A DNA stretch of 64,000 bases from positions 15,316,001 to 15,380,000 of the forward strand of contig CM075989.1 of the NCBI GenBank assembly GCA_038087875.1, in the 5' to 3' direction. The notes beneath the pieces were generated by a model, which was given only the letters and a program-made list of their open reading frames with translations, made no database searches and had not been told where the DNA came from. This stretch comes from Malacoraja senta. Taxonomy: Eukaryota. The position numbers and the translations under genes were made by a program. Positions 1-12,736 of the stretch are shown here, piece after piece. The number at the start of each line of letters is the position of its first letter. Within the stretch, counting starts at the first letter, position 1.

Positions 1-1039
1 TTTGTTTTTAAATCAATTTGGTGGCACAATAAATGCAGCTGGAAGCAACTGCAACAAGGACTTAAGAGTTGACCTCAGCAGCTGCTTGCAGCTCCTGGAA
101 GTTTGGAGCAGTTATATTGGAGTTTCAACAGGCAAATCATAGACTTCATTAAAATTGCTAAATGCTGTAGCATTCCTAGAGATACTAAACTACCTAAAAT
201 AGCATTCTTTATAACACGTGAAAGAAAGAAGAAAACAGAAGAGAAGGAAGCAATCATACAGTAGGGTTTAATACGTGAATAGAAATGAATAGCTATGCTC
301 CAAGTTTCCAAATACTGGCAGGAAAAAAGATGCAGGGATTAGAGCACTACGTCATATGATTAATACTAGAGTTGCAGTAGCCAAGAGAGGGAACACTGGT
401 CTTCCTGTTTGAGAAAGAGAAAGTGTATTAATCTGACAACATGTTTTGGAGGCAGGAGTGACTTACCTTCACAGTCCCTGTAAACAGGGCCACTGGTTTC
501 AACCAAGAATGTTGACTTATCCTTGAGGCTCCCTGTGATGTTGAACGGTGATGAGAGCAAATCCACACTGGATCCTAAAGCAGGTGTGATTTTAACTGTT
601 TAGGTAGGATTAATACAGAGGAATAAGAATGTTTCTGTTCTGAGTTTGCTTTGGATATAAAATGCAAAAGTAAACACATTTTTAGAATGACTCAAAATAT
701 CCCTGACTCCGCTCATTGAGTTTGTCTTTGTAAAACTTCGTTTCAAATGTAGTGCTCACAAGTGGGCAGTAAGAAAAAAACAAGAACAAAAATATTTCAG
801 AAATATTGAAATAAGAAATATGAGCATTTTTGGTTCAAAGCCTGAAAAATATGGAGCAAAAAGGATTTTCAAAACTCAAGTAACATGAAAGGTGAGAGAA
901 ACATCAATGGAAAGAAAAAAGGAATTATAATGAAAAGTAGCGATGAAAAGATTTGATGCAGTGAGAAACACTGCAAATTTCACAGGCACACCATGCCTGA
1001 CATCAGTGCACATACATGCCACACTGGCAGAACTCCTGA

Positions 1040-1990
1040 GGAATCTACAGTGCAACTGAGAAAGAAGGCATATGTCAGGTATAGGCAGCTGATACCAAGT
1101 GAATCTCAGGGAAATCAGGAGGGCAAAAGGGGACATGAGATAGGTTTATCAGATAGGATAAAGGAGAATCCAAAGGAATTCTACTATTAAGGGCAATAGA
1201 GTAACTAGGGAGATAAATCATCTCCTTAAAAGTCATTTACAGTACATGTGGAAGCACAAGAGATGGGTGAGGTGTTAAATGGATATCTTACTGAGGAGAA
1301 AGACACTTAGGGAACTTGGGGAAGTTATGATATAAAATAATTTAAATAGTGAATGCATTGAAAGGTGTCAGATTACAGAGGCAGGGGTGCTGGATGTTAA
1401 AATGCATAAAGATAGATAAATCCTCAGGACCTGATCAATTGTATCCTCAGACATTGTGGGGAGTTAGAGAAGAAATTGCGGGAGCCCCAGCAGAGATATT
1501 TGTATCAGTGATAACTACAGGTAAGATATCCAGATGGTGGCTTAAGCTGTGCCTCCATTTAAGAAAGATTGCAAGGAAAAAGCCTATGAACTAAAGACTG
1601 GTGAGTCTAACAGCAGTGCTGGTAAGTTATTGTTGATGTGCTGAGAGGAAAAGCAAGTACTGAGTAGGGATAGTCAACATGGCTTTGTGTGTGGAATTTT
1701 TTGAAGAGGCAACCAAGAAGATTGATGAGTGCATTAGACATTGTTTACATGGATTTTAGCAAAGGCCTTTGACAAGGCACTGCATGATAAGCTGATTTGG
1801 AAGATTAGATCATGGGATCCAGGGCAATCTAGCTAATTTGATACAAAATTGGCTTGAAGGAAGACTAGGAAAGATTTGGAGGGGTATAAGTCAGGCACAT
1901 GTAAATAGGAATAGCTCGGTTAGGAAATTTGGACGGCATGGACAAATTGGACAGAAGTGTCTGTTTCTGTGCTGTACAGCTCTAAGACTG
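1040..1990 (+). mobile_element. Degenerate CR1-clade LINE fragment
   Basis: DKSSGPDQLYPQTLWGVREEIAG and DFSKAFDK-like segments; CR1-type 3' tail near 1960-1990. Confidence 0.8.
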
Positions 1991-2169
1991 TGAGGTTATC
2001 GGAATATTGTGCACATCTCAGGAAATATTACATCAAATTAAGATCATCTTATAATTTGATGGAATTGGAAGCTTCAAACCTGTCCCAATGTTTGCCTCTG
2101 CCCAAAACACAGGCTTCGCAGCTCATCAAATCCAGGTTGGAGAGCTTGCTGCAGATATGGTAAACAAGT

Positions 2170-2490
2170 TTCTCATCTTAAACCTATGCTAATTTTATAC
2201 ACCGTCCTGAGAGGGTGGACTGTGACCATCACCTTGTCTATGCCCTTCATAATTTTATAAACCTCTATAAGGTCACCCCTCAGCCTCTGTCGCTCCAAGG
2301 AAAACAATCCCAGTTTATCCAGTCTTTCTTTGCAACTCAAGCCCTCCAGTCTTGTGAATCTTTTCTGCTCCATCTCCAGTTTAATCACATCCTTCCTATA
2401 GTGTGGCAACCAGGACTTCACACAATATACCAGCTGTGGCCTCACCAATGTCCTATGCAGCTGTAACAACAGGGGACCTAGCATCAGTTT
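2170..2490 (-). mobile_element. CR1-clade LINE fragment
   Basis: LVRPQLVYCVKSWLPHYRKDVIKLE...RLRGDLIEVYKIMKG, the CR1 ORF2 C-terminal region. Confidence 0.85.
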
Positions 2491-3101
2491 TTGCTGCACT
2501 CCAATGGGCACAGAGCTATAATCTGAAAAACAAACCTCCACAGCCACCAGGAATTTAAAAATGCTTGAAAGAAAAAATAGATTGTGGGGTGCAGGAACAG
2601 GACCAGGCAGTGGAACTTGTAGAGAGCCAGATGTTGAATGGCCTCCACATATTACCATTGTATGATTCAAAAACAAATCCCTGAAAGTAGATATCTGAAA
2701 CCCATTGTCAGCCATCAGCAAATATAACAGAGAGCTGGCAAAACAATATATTAATAAACAAGATCAAAGGTAGCTGCCAAACAGGTTGTACGTTTTCTTC
2801 TGGTATCATTTAGCTATGAACAGGCTCTCATTTGAACAAGGAAATGAGGAATGCCACTGGGCTGGAATAAAATATACAGAAATCTCTTGGAAAGCAAATG
2901 CCTATAATTTACTTCAGGACCAAATATATTTGCTATTATTTGTATCCATCGATACTGGAAAAGCAGTTTGGAACAAGAAATGGTGTCTGAACATATTTTC
3001 TCTCTGCAACCATATGGAACAAAATAAATATACATTTTAAAGAAGTGCACAACTGATTGTCACTAAATGATCAATTCCCAGTCCTGAGATCCCTGGATAG
3101 A

Positions 3102-3221
3102 AGTGTTAGAGTAACTCAGTGGGTCAGGCAGCATCTCTGGAGATCCGGGGATGTTGCCTGACCCGCTGAATTTCTTCAGCACTTTTTTGGTAAACCAGCA
3201 TCTGCAGTTCCTCGTTTCTAC
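3102..3221. mobile_element. Short inverted Penelope-like terminal-repeat insertion
   Basis: Self-complementary actcagtgggtcaggcagcatc / gatgttgcctgacccgctga; flanked by imperfect 13-bp duplication atccctggataga / atccaaggataga. Confidence 0.65.
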
Positions 3222-6087
3222 ATCCAAGGATAGATACCAACTCTGACACTTGAACTGGAACCTAATGACAGTATTCAATCTTGTCCTTAAGGTTGTTTTA
3301 ATTAATCTGATCAATGTATTATCACTGACAAGTAATTTGAAAATGGCATGTCACCACATATTTAAGACATTTTTAACTGGGATGGTTTTTCAGATCTGGG
3401 ATTGATCTAATTCAATTATGAATTGAGGAAAACCAACTTTAGCTACTTTGATCTGGGCATATCTTCAGTGGATTATTGCCTTCCAAATACAAGAGATGCA
3501 AATTTTCCTCTAAAGCAGGAGACCTAGTTTAGTGAAAGTGTTAACAGTGCCAACACTAGAGAAAGAGAGAGTGCTCAAAACTAGTCCAGAAGCTGCAAAC
3601 TCAAGAGGGTGACCTGCAGATTAATATTGAGACATTGCTTAAAGTGCAGTTAGACAATGTATTATTATTGAGACCTGAAATGTAGTTTAGTCTATAGCTT
3701 TATTTATTATGCAAAACAAGTTCAGATTTACGTGAATTCTCACCAATTAACATCTGTTGTGCATAGAAACTGCCAAATTCTCAGCTGGTCGTGTGCACGG
3801 CAAATCCCTGCCTCTGGAATGAATTGCAGTATAGTATAAAGCACATAATTAGCATCAAAATCTGTCACGTTTGTCAAAATGGCTGCTATTCTATACGTTT
3901 CTTACTCGAGTATTTCTTATATCTTGCAAACGTGGTCGTTTGTTTTCTCATCCTGCCTGTTCCCTTGCATAGTAACCCAGCTCAATGAAAAAAAAAACTG
4001 ATGATAAAATGTAGTGTGTGACAGAATTGGGAATGAACCGCTCTATCTTGGACAGGTTTGAATTTGTAACTGGCTCATGAACAGAAGTGGAGCTACAAAT
4101 ATGTCAAATATATTACCATCTGATTATTATTTGAATCTGAAAAAGCACATAAATGTTAACTGCTGCAGATGTTGAGGGTTGATATTTGTGCTATTGTTGG
4201 GGGAAACAAAGCCTATGTTGATCCAATCACTAATTTTAGCTTAAGGTGGATACTTGTGTAAATGTGACTTTTCTTTCTTAACATTATCTGATTAAGGTAA
4301 ATATACTCTATGGGAGGATCCATAATTTCACATCAGAAATATCTCTTATTAAATGTATGCAGCATTTTCCACATAAATCTATTTGTACACTCCAATCACG
4401 TGCCAGCAATTAGTGATGAGAGAAATTTGTGTAATTTTTCATAGTAGAATCTATTGATTTTGTCAACAATGGGAGCTGTCAAATAACATTTGGACACAAT
4501 TAGAGCTTTTCCTTCTAACTGCTCCTGTGTGCCTAAGATTGGTTCTGTGCATTGCTGTTGATAAGATTATCTCACAACCTCAAGTGTTCTGCTGATTGAG
4601 ACTTACATCGAATGTCCACAACACTATTTGAAGAAGAAAAATGTGAAACAAGTTACAATGACTAGCGTGTAATTTATCGGCTTATCTTAGGCAAGGGTCC
4701 TTTTCTCTGTATTCTAAATGCACCAATCTATTTTAACTGACATTCTTCCACATAGCAGTAATAAGAATCCTGACCTTTTGAGTACCTCCATGTGAAAAAA
4801 TAGACATTCAGAGGCATCTGTATAAATTGGCCAAAGTATTATACATTTTAATGCAATATGCAATATAATCTGCAGCAGAATAAGAAATTAAAAAAGTCAT
4901 ATGCAGAATGTAGTTATTAACAAATCATTAAAGCATCCAGACCATATAAAACCTGATGGGCTAAACACGTGACAGTTGGCATTCCAAGGGCATCTGATTG
5001 TAAAATGTGAAATGATATTAGCAGTTTAATCCAGTGCCTTGTCTCTTTGATGGTATTTCACATATATTATTTCAATGAAATATTGCCACTTGGAGGGCAC
5101 TGTAGATCATCATCAATAGCATGGAAAACATCTATCAAGGAGCAATTAAACTAACTACCATTTATTCACCTAAAGTAAATTCCAGCATCCCTAGGAATGA
5201 AGAGATTGTACATTTAGCAAAGACTGCAGGAGTTGGTGGCATTGTCAGCAAGTAATATCTTCATTTTGTATTTTGTCTTAAGTTACCTGCAACTGCAAAC
5301 ACATAATGGTCTCTCTGAAGCAGAATTATCAAGAGGTTTATTATAATTATAAATCACATTTACTGGTTCTTAATATGCCAAATACTTGAGCATCATGTTT
5401 GAAAACCCAAATCTCTGATTACAGAGCAGCAGAATGCATTACCCTTAAAAATATGTTTAGCCCATCTTATGTCAGCTATTTTCAGTATTCCCTTTGTGAC
5501 TTTGGTTGTTTTGAACAGCAGACTTACAGCTTCAGTCACTTAATGAGTTTCCATAAGCTGCAGGTTGCATGAATGCCTGGTGCTGATAAATGTGTCCCTA
5601 GACAGATTCCTCCACATATAAATCTGCATCCATGTGTCAAATCACTGAGCACAACAGGTAACATTTGACTGGAAGCAATTATGTTCCAAAGGACACCTAC
5701 ATTATCTAATATTATGTGCTGACATATATGCTTTGTGCTTTCTTGGAGTTATGGTGTCAAATATTGCAGTCACTGATGGTAACTCTCCCTACTCTGTTGG
5801 CTAAAATATATGATTGTGTAATTCAGCTGTAGCAATTTACTGCAAAATATTACCCTGTGGGGTGCAATTTAATTTGAAGCACAGGACTTCCCTTTACAGA
5901 TGTTCTGTCTGCCTGATTATAACCAGTAAACAAAATATTTGCATTAAAAGGTGATACTCCGATTGCATCGTTTCACAGTGCACATCTATGGATAAAATAG
6001 TTGGGAATTTCTGCCATGGAATTCCTATTAAATAGTAAAGTACGACTGTAAAAATAAAAAACAACATATGCATAACACATATATGTA

Positions 6088-7750
6088 CAGTGCCCTCCAT
6101 AATGTTTGGGACAAAGACCCGCCATTTATTTATTTGCCTCTGTACTCCACAATTTGAAATTTGTAATAGAAATATCATTTGTAATCACATGTAGTTAAAG
6201 TGCACATTGTCAGATTTTATTAAAGGCCATTTTTATACATTTTTGTTTCACCATGTAGAAATTATAGCTGTGTTTATACATAGTTTCCCCCATTTCAATC
6301 AATCAGTTTTATTCGTCACTTGCACATAAAGTGTAAGTGAAATGAATTTGCCAGCAGCAGTACAATGAAAAAGAACACACAAAAACACAATAAAAATTTA
6401 AAACAAACATCCACCACTGTGGTGGAAGGCACACCATAAGCATAATGTTTGGGACACATGGCTTCACAGGCATTTGTAATTGCTCAGGTGTGTTTAATTG
6501 TCTCCTTAATGCAGGTATAAGAGAGCTCTCAGCACCTTGTCTTTCCTCCAGTCTTTCCATCACCTTTGGAAACTTTTATTGCTGTTTATCAACATGAGGA
6601 CCAAAGTTGTACCAATGAAAGTGAAAGAAGCCATTGTGAGACCGAGAAACAAGAATAAAACTGATAGAGACATCAGCCAAACCTCAGGCTTACCAATATC
6701 AATTGTTAGGAACATCATTAAGAAGAGAGCACTGGTGAGCTTACTAATCACAAAGGGACTGGCAGGCCAAGGAAGACCTCCACAGCTGATGACAGAAGAA
6801 TTCTCTCTATAATAAAGAAAAATCCCCAAACACATGTCCGACAGATCAGAAACACTCTTCAGGAATCAGGTGTGGATTTGTCAATGATCACTGTCCGCAG
6901 AAGACTTCATGAACAGAAATACAGAGGCTACACTGCAAGATGCAAACCACTGGTTAGCCACAAAAATAGGATGCCCGGGTTAGTTTGCCAAGAAGTACTT
7001 AAAAGAGCAACCAAAGTTCTGGAAAAAGGTCTTGTGAACAGATGAGAAGATTAACTTATATCAGAGTGATGGCAAGAGCAAAGTATGGAGGGGAGGAACT
7101 GCCCAAGATCCAAAGCATACCACCTCATCTGTGATTGGCCTGTGATCTATGTTATGGCCTGGGCATGTATGGCCGCTGAAGGTACTGGCTCACTTATCTT
7201 CATTGATGATACAACTGCTGATAGTAGTAGCATAATGTATTCTGAAGTGTATAGACACATCCTATCTGCTCAAGTTCAAACAAATGCCTCAAAACTCATT
7301 GGCCGACAGTTCATTCTACAGCAAGACAATGATCCCAAACATACTGTTAAAGCAACAAAGGAGTTTTTCAAAGCTAAAAAATGGTCAATTCTTGAGTGGC
7401 CAAGTCAATCACCCGATTTGAACCCAATTGAGCATGCCTTTTATATGCTGAAGAGAAAACTAAAGGGGACTAGCCCCGAAACAAGCATAAGCTAAAGATG
7501 GCTGCAATACAGGCCTAGCAGAGCATCACCAGAGTAGACACCCAGCAACTGGTGATATCCATGAATCGCAGACTTCAAGCAGACATTGCATGCAAAGGGA
7601 TTTCTACATGGTGAAACCAAAATGTATAAAAATGGCCTTTATTAAAATCTGACACCGTGCACTTTAACCACGTGATTTCTTTCTATTAGAAATCTGAAAT
7701 TGTGGAGTAGAGGCAAATAAACAAATGATGGGTCTTTGTCCTAAACTATA
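6088..7750 (+). mobile_element. Tc1 transposon family A, copy 1 (defective)
   Basis: TA|CAGTGCCCTCCATAATG start; transposase fragments with QQDNDPKH and SPDLNPIE (DD34E); frameshifts; right tip eroded. Confidence 0.93.
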
Positions 7751-7869
7751 ATGGTCAGTTCCATGGTAAAGTAATTCATCCCCGATTTAGCAACATTGCC
7801 ACAAACACTAGTTTAGCAGGTAAATCAACATCTGACACCCATTCAGAGGGATGGAATTGATCTCCATTT

Positions 7870-8670
7870 GGAAAGACCAGGATTGATCAGGGATGGTTAG
7901 ACCCCATCCAAAAAATTGTGCTCAGTTCTGGATGCCAACTATAAATAATGTGATTGAACTACAGGCAGTATGGAGAAGATTCATATGGAGGATGTTGAAT
8001 GACCTATCCATGTTCACCGGAGATGCTGCCTGACCCACTGTGTTACACCAGCAATTTTCGTGTCCATTTCTTCACAAGGTTGTTGCCTAGAATGGAATAT
8101 ATCGGTTATGTGACCGGATAGACTGGGCTTATTCTCCTTGGAGCTGAGGAGACTTGATGGAGGTATTTAAAATATAAGAAGCCAAGAGAAGATAGATACT
8201 AAGAAACTTTTCTCCATGGCCGAGGTGTCTAAAGGGTCTGTCCCACTTGGCCGTCATTTGCGCGTCACGCAGATGGCGTGCGAAGATTTTGTACATCACA
8301 AAATCCTGCGACGCCACACAGCCGCCCGTCACTGCCTATGTCATCACGCATCACGTGCATGTCACGATGCGTGCGTCATGACGCGTAAATTACGCGCAAA
8401 TGACGGCCAAGTGGGACAGGCCCTTAAAACTGGAGAACAATTGATTAATGGTGCACAATAGCTTTAAACGGGACCTGGGTAAGATGTTTTTCACTCAACA
8501 GATGGTTGCAATCTGGAAGGCACAGCCTGAGAGTGTGGAAGCATCACACCATTTGAGAACTGCTGAATGAGCACATGAGTTTCCAAAGCATTGTAGCATT
8601 GGATCAAGTGCTGGTAATTGGGATTAGTATTGATGGGTACTTAGTGATGGGCATGGACACGATCCTAAAG
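7870..8670 (+). mobile_element. CR1 3' fragment interrupted by a MITE and a Penelope-like piece
   Basis: CR1 C-terminal and 3' similarity to other copies in the window. Confidence 0.7.
8233..8424. mobile_element. PIF/Harbinger-type MITE
   Basis: ~33-bp TIR AGGGTCTGTCCCACTTGGCCGTCATTTGCGCGT with a near-perfect reverse complement at the right end; TAA target duplication at 8230-8232 and 8425-8427. Confidence 0.85.
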
Positions 8671-9059
8671 GTGTACACGGAAACTTCAGGAATGCAGAAA
8701 TCCATAGCCACAATAAATTGGGAACCGACCCAGAGTATAAGTACTATTTAGCTAGTAGTTTACTACAAGATCACGATTCACTCTTCCGATTTGATTGCGC
8801 TAACATTTGCTTTGCTACTTCTGGCCTGCGGGAAGCGATGGAAGAATGAGTTAAGAGGAGAACGAACACCTGCTATCTCCTGCTGGGCAGAATTAGACTT
8901 AGTTGAAATGTACCCCACCATAAAATATCTTACCAAATTTCAGGTTGTCACATGAAACATGGTTATTAAAGGAAGCTCTGGGAGGATGACAGGACCCAAC
9001 AGCAGAGAAAACCATAGAAAGATATAAGATTACACAGACAAGCGGAAACAGAAGTACAA

Positions 9060-11792
9060 GTCATGAGATGCATTGTCTTTATTTGAGCTTGCAGGCACTG
9101 GCATTAAAGTTACATTTAACTTCTACAAGAAGAAAAGTATACAAACCATTATTTTCACCCCTCCCTGTGTACAGTAATTTAACTCTGAATTGGAATCAAT
9201 TGAATTCCAGAACTAAAAGTAGCAACGGTAGCAATGGAAACATATTTCCTCATCCAAGTTAACCAGTGTTAAATATAGTCACACTGAAAGGAAAAGCCTT
9301 TGCACTGTGTGCTACCAATGTTATTATTTTCAGAGGTCCAAATTCTTGACAACTGAGTCTAGTCCAATAATGTAAATTAGCCTAAGATCTGGCATCTGTC
9401 CATTTGCCAAGATGCACAAGCATGGGCATCTATAATATTTATTCAGTTGCACATTGCTTTGTTTACAGTTGCATCTTATACCCACATTCATGAACAAATC
9501 ATGAACTGAAGTGCGAGTCTCCTGGAGTGGAACAAGAAAATATACAATTTAGAGATATAACGACAATGAAAGATTAACATAACTCCAACATACAAATATG
9601 GTGATTAGACAAAGTAAAGTACTAACAATTTCTAAATTAATCCTTTTAAAACACAAAGTATTTACAACCCTGCTATAAATTAACTGTAAAGGAAACTATA
9701 TTAGATGGAGCTGCATTTCATTTCTCCTTTCCCATACAAAGTAGACTGCACATGCTAAACTACAAAGACTTTGTGGGCAACTACAATTAAACAAATCTCA
9801 TGTGATGTCTTCACATGGAATAAAAACACAGGCTAGTCTCTTGTTACAACCAAAAGTTTTATAAAATATATTTTGAAGGAGCAAGTTATAAGGGACTTTT
9901 TGCAATGAATTACTTTTACCAGTCTGAAAAACAAATGTGTTTCATTATAGAGAGGAGCTTTTACACCTTCAATATCTTATATCTAATTTTGCATTAGGAT
10001 AGCGTTTTTAAACATAGATTTTGTATAATACTTCTATGAAGTTAACAGAACTGGCCATATGGGTTTGTCATATTCCATTGGTGTCAAAACATTGTCATAC
10101 ATTTTTTTTTCCTAGTAATTAGTTTTAATTGATAGTTAAAAGGATACATCTGACTAATTCCAAAGCCACTTGAAATTTAAACTCAGAGTAATCACCAGCA
10201 ATTGAGAATTTTGAGGAGGATAAGGAAAAGCCACAACCAACTAATATCATGAGCAAGAACATATTCAGATATAATTTCAAAGCACATTAATGGCAATCAA
10301 GGACAAGCCCACCCGAGCATCCAAGGAAAGAGGATTGGTATTAGTGTGGGTATAGGAAATGATATGGAAGTATTTGTTAAGAAATCCTGCAGAAAATGTC
10401 ATGCAAAAGTATATTAGTTTTTTTTTCTATAAACCAATCAAAAATTAATATTAATATCAAGGGTTCTGGAATTCTGTGAAAAAATTGTCACTTTAGAAGG
10501 TTTGGAAATGTACGTTATTAAGCGATGATAGGGGAGATTTCACTTTAATCAAAGAACATAAATAAGAAATGTTTTCATTTTAAAGAGTTGAGAGTGCAAC
10601 TGTTTAATATGTTATGCAATGTAAAGGAATTGAGTTTTATGTTTTATATATTGTTTTGTGGTTTTGAATCTGGAGTCTAAGAAAAGCTGTTCAATATTAA
10701 AATGTTAAAAATTATTTTTATTGACAAACGGACAAAGAATATTTTCATTTTTTTCCCAAGAACTAAGAATATTTTGAAGAGCAATTTAAAAAGTAGTTAT
10801 CCTATTTTAAAATCAGTAAATTAGATTTATCAACTTTTGATGCATGCTATTTTATATTGTATTTAACTAATCTTTAGCAAAATACACTTAACAGAAATGA
10901 ACAAATATCAGCTTCAGGGATATCAGCTATTCCAAATCAGGTATTCATAAAAATAAAACAACCTTTATAACAAAGTAAAATTAGCCACATCTAAAAGAAT
11001 CAAGTCTAAAGTTTTGAATAGGAATTTGTTTTCTGCAGAAACTGTACATCAAAGCAAGCACTGCCAACCACTAGCAAAGTACGTATCTGAAGCTATTTAC
11101 CAAATATGTAATAAAAAATATTAAGTATAATTTTAAGCAGCTTTATTCGTCCTCATATATTCAGTTAGCTTGGCACTATGAAGTACTGCAGTTTAACAAA
11201 AACAATTCATTGTTACATATCCTGCAGTTCCTGCGTTGTACGTCTACTGCCAGAAGCAGAATAAACTGCTGAACAATGAAAGATACATGCCAATACAAAT
11301 AAAGCATTACTTAACACAACATATCCTATTTTCTACAGTGAAAGGAAAGGATGAACTGCACTTTGGTTTACCATGTAACCCATCCTAAACGGTCTATATC
11401 TATGGCAAAAACTAATAATATGCACTGGGTTACAGCAACAGCAGTATTATGTCGTCTTGTGTATGACTGATTTAATTTTTCTGCACAGCTGCACAATGAC
11501 ATAATTATGCTTTTTTTGTAATGATTCCACTTTCACTGAAAGTTTACGTAGGTAAGCTGAGAGCTTGCCAAGACTGCACCCATCCAAAGGTGCTTAATTT
11601 ATTACAGAAATCTACAGATTTTAGTCTTTTTCTATTCACATGCCATTTGTTTATTTTTCAAAGACAGGATTGTGAATTGTAGTCTGAACAGGATAAGAAT
11701 ATCAAAGCCTTTAACAGTACAAGTACTTGTGTGCTTGGTGTATGTGTATCTGTGAATGAAGTCCAGTGAGAATCAATGTACCATGCAAAACT
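9060..11792 (-). other. ZNF280D: Probable ZNF280D 3' UTR
   Basis: AT-rich stretch with no recognisable transposon downstream of the stop; several minus-strand AATAAA, the most distal at 9078-9083. Confidence 0.45.
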
Positions 11793-12534
11793 TCAGCTCT
11801 TTTCTTTTTCTTCTAGATGCTCTGAGCTTAGTAGTATTGGAGCAGGAGTAGTTTCTTTATTATTTTCCTCTGTTGATGCTGTTCCCTTTCTCTTGGTAAC
11901 CGTCACCACACTCCCTTTCTGCAGAATCTCAGTAGCTTCATGTTCTAAAACTTCAGAAGGAGTGAGTGGTTCCAGCTGAATGCTGCCCTGCTCACTCACA
12001 TCAGAACCAACAGCTTCTGGCTCATCTTTGCTCCTGAAAAACTGGTCAAAGCAAACATCTTCTTTGGAATCCTTATTCTGTTCCACATTTGCATCATTGC
12101 TCTTTTCTTCAGTACATTTTTCGTTATCAATTCCCTCATTCCCGGTCTGTTTACATTTCAGTATTAAATCCGGAAGAGTCTTGCAATCTTTAGGTTCATC
12201 ACAAGCATCAATTCCCTCAAACTCATCATGAACAATTTCTACATCATTATCCATTGATTTGAAATCTTGTGCTTCGTTAGTATCTGGAGGTGTGAGTGCT
12301 TGGTCGGAGGAATTATCCTGAACTCTCTCTCCAGCATCATAGTCTTTCTCAGTCGTCAATTCAGACAGCGGGCCATCTGCTGTATTCTCAGTACTTTGAT
12401 TACTTTCTACATTGTCATTGGAGTTTGTTTTGTCTTGTTGATCACTTAGTTTGTCACCTTTGGGTGAAGGCACAGCTTCCACAGATGGATTCTCAGCCTT
12501 GTACATTAAAGGCTGATCAGGTTTCTCCTGGTTT
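11793..12534 (-). CDS. ZNF280D: ZNF280D terminal coding exon (acidic C-terminal tail)
   Basis: Acceptor tttctctctctaacag|; contains DVSEQGSIQLEPLTPSEVLEHEATEILQKGS and ends LEEKEKS-stop, matching the recalled ZNF280D-specific C-terminus. Confidence 0.93.
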
Positions 12535-12674
12535 CTGTTAGAGAGAGAAACAGGCATTTCTTATTTTAAAAAGTACAATCAGACTTACTTTCTAGTAATA
12601 AATAAAATATTTTCAATAATCCATGCACCGACCCCCAATTACTCTATTCAAATTATACAAAATATTTCAATTAC

Positions 12675-12736
12675 CCATCAGCAGTTAAATCAACTTCCAA
12701 AGTTTCTGTAGCAAGTAATGCAGAAGATGGATTTGC
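12675..12736 (-). CDS. ZNF280D: ZNF280D penultimate coding exon
   Basis: ctttcag|...GG|gtaatt; ANPSSALLATETLEVDLTAD(G); phase 0->2 fits both neighbours. Confidence 0.72.

Noticed and set aside
5085..5104. GCCACTTGGAGGGCACTGTA: CTCF-like motif or 14-bp match to the Tc1 family A tip
   Set aside because: Spacing deviates from the CTCF core and no further TIR sequence adjoins; too short to support either call
11776..12541. Plus-strand ORFs overlapping the last ZNF280D exon
   Set aside because: Antisense shadows of the real coding exon
12535..12557. ATG start of the 254-aa ORF as a standalone gene
   Set aside because: MPVSLSN is the intronic pyrimidine tract; the exon starts at the acceptor at 12534
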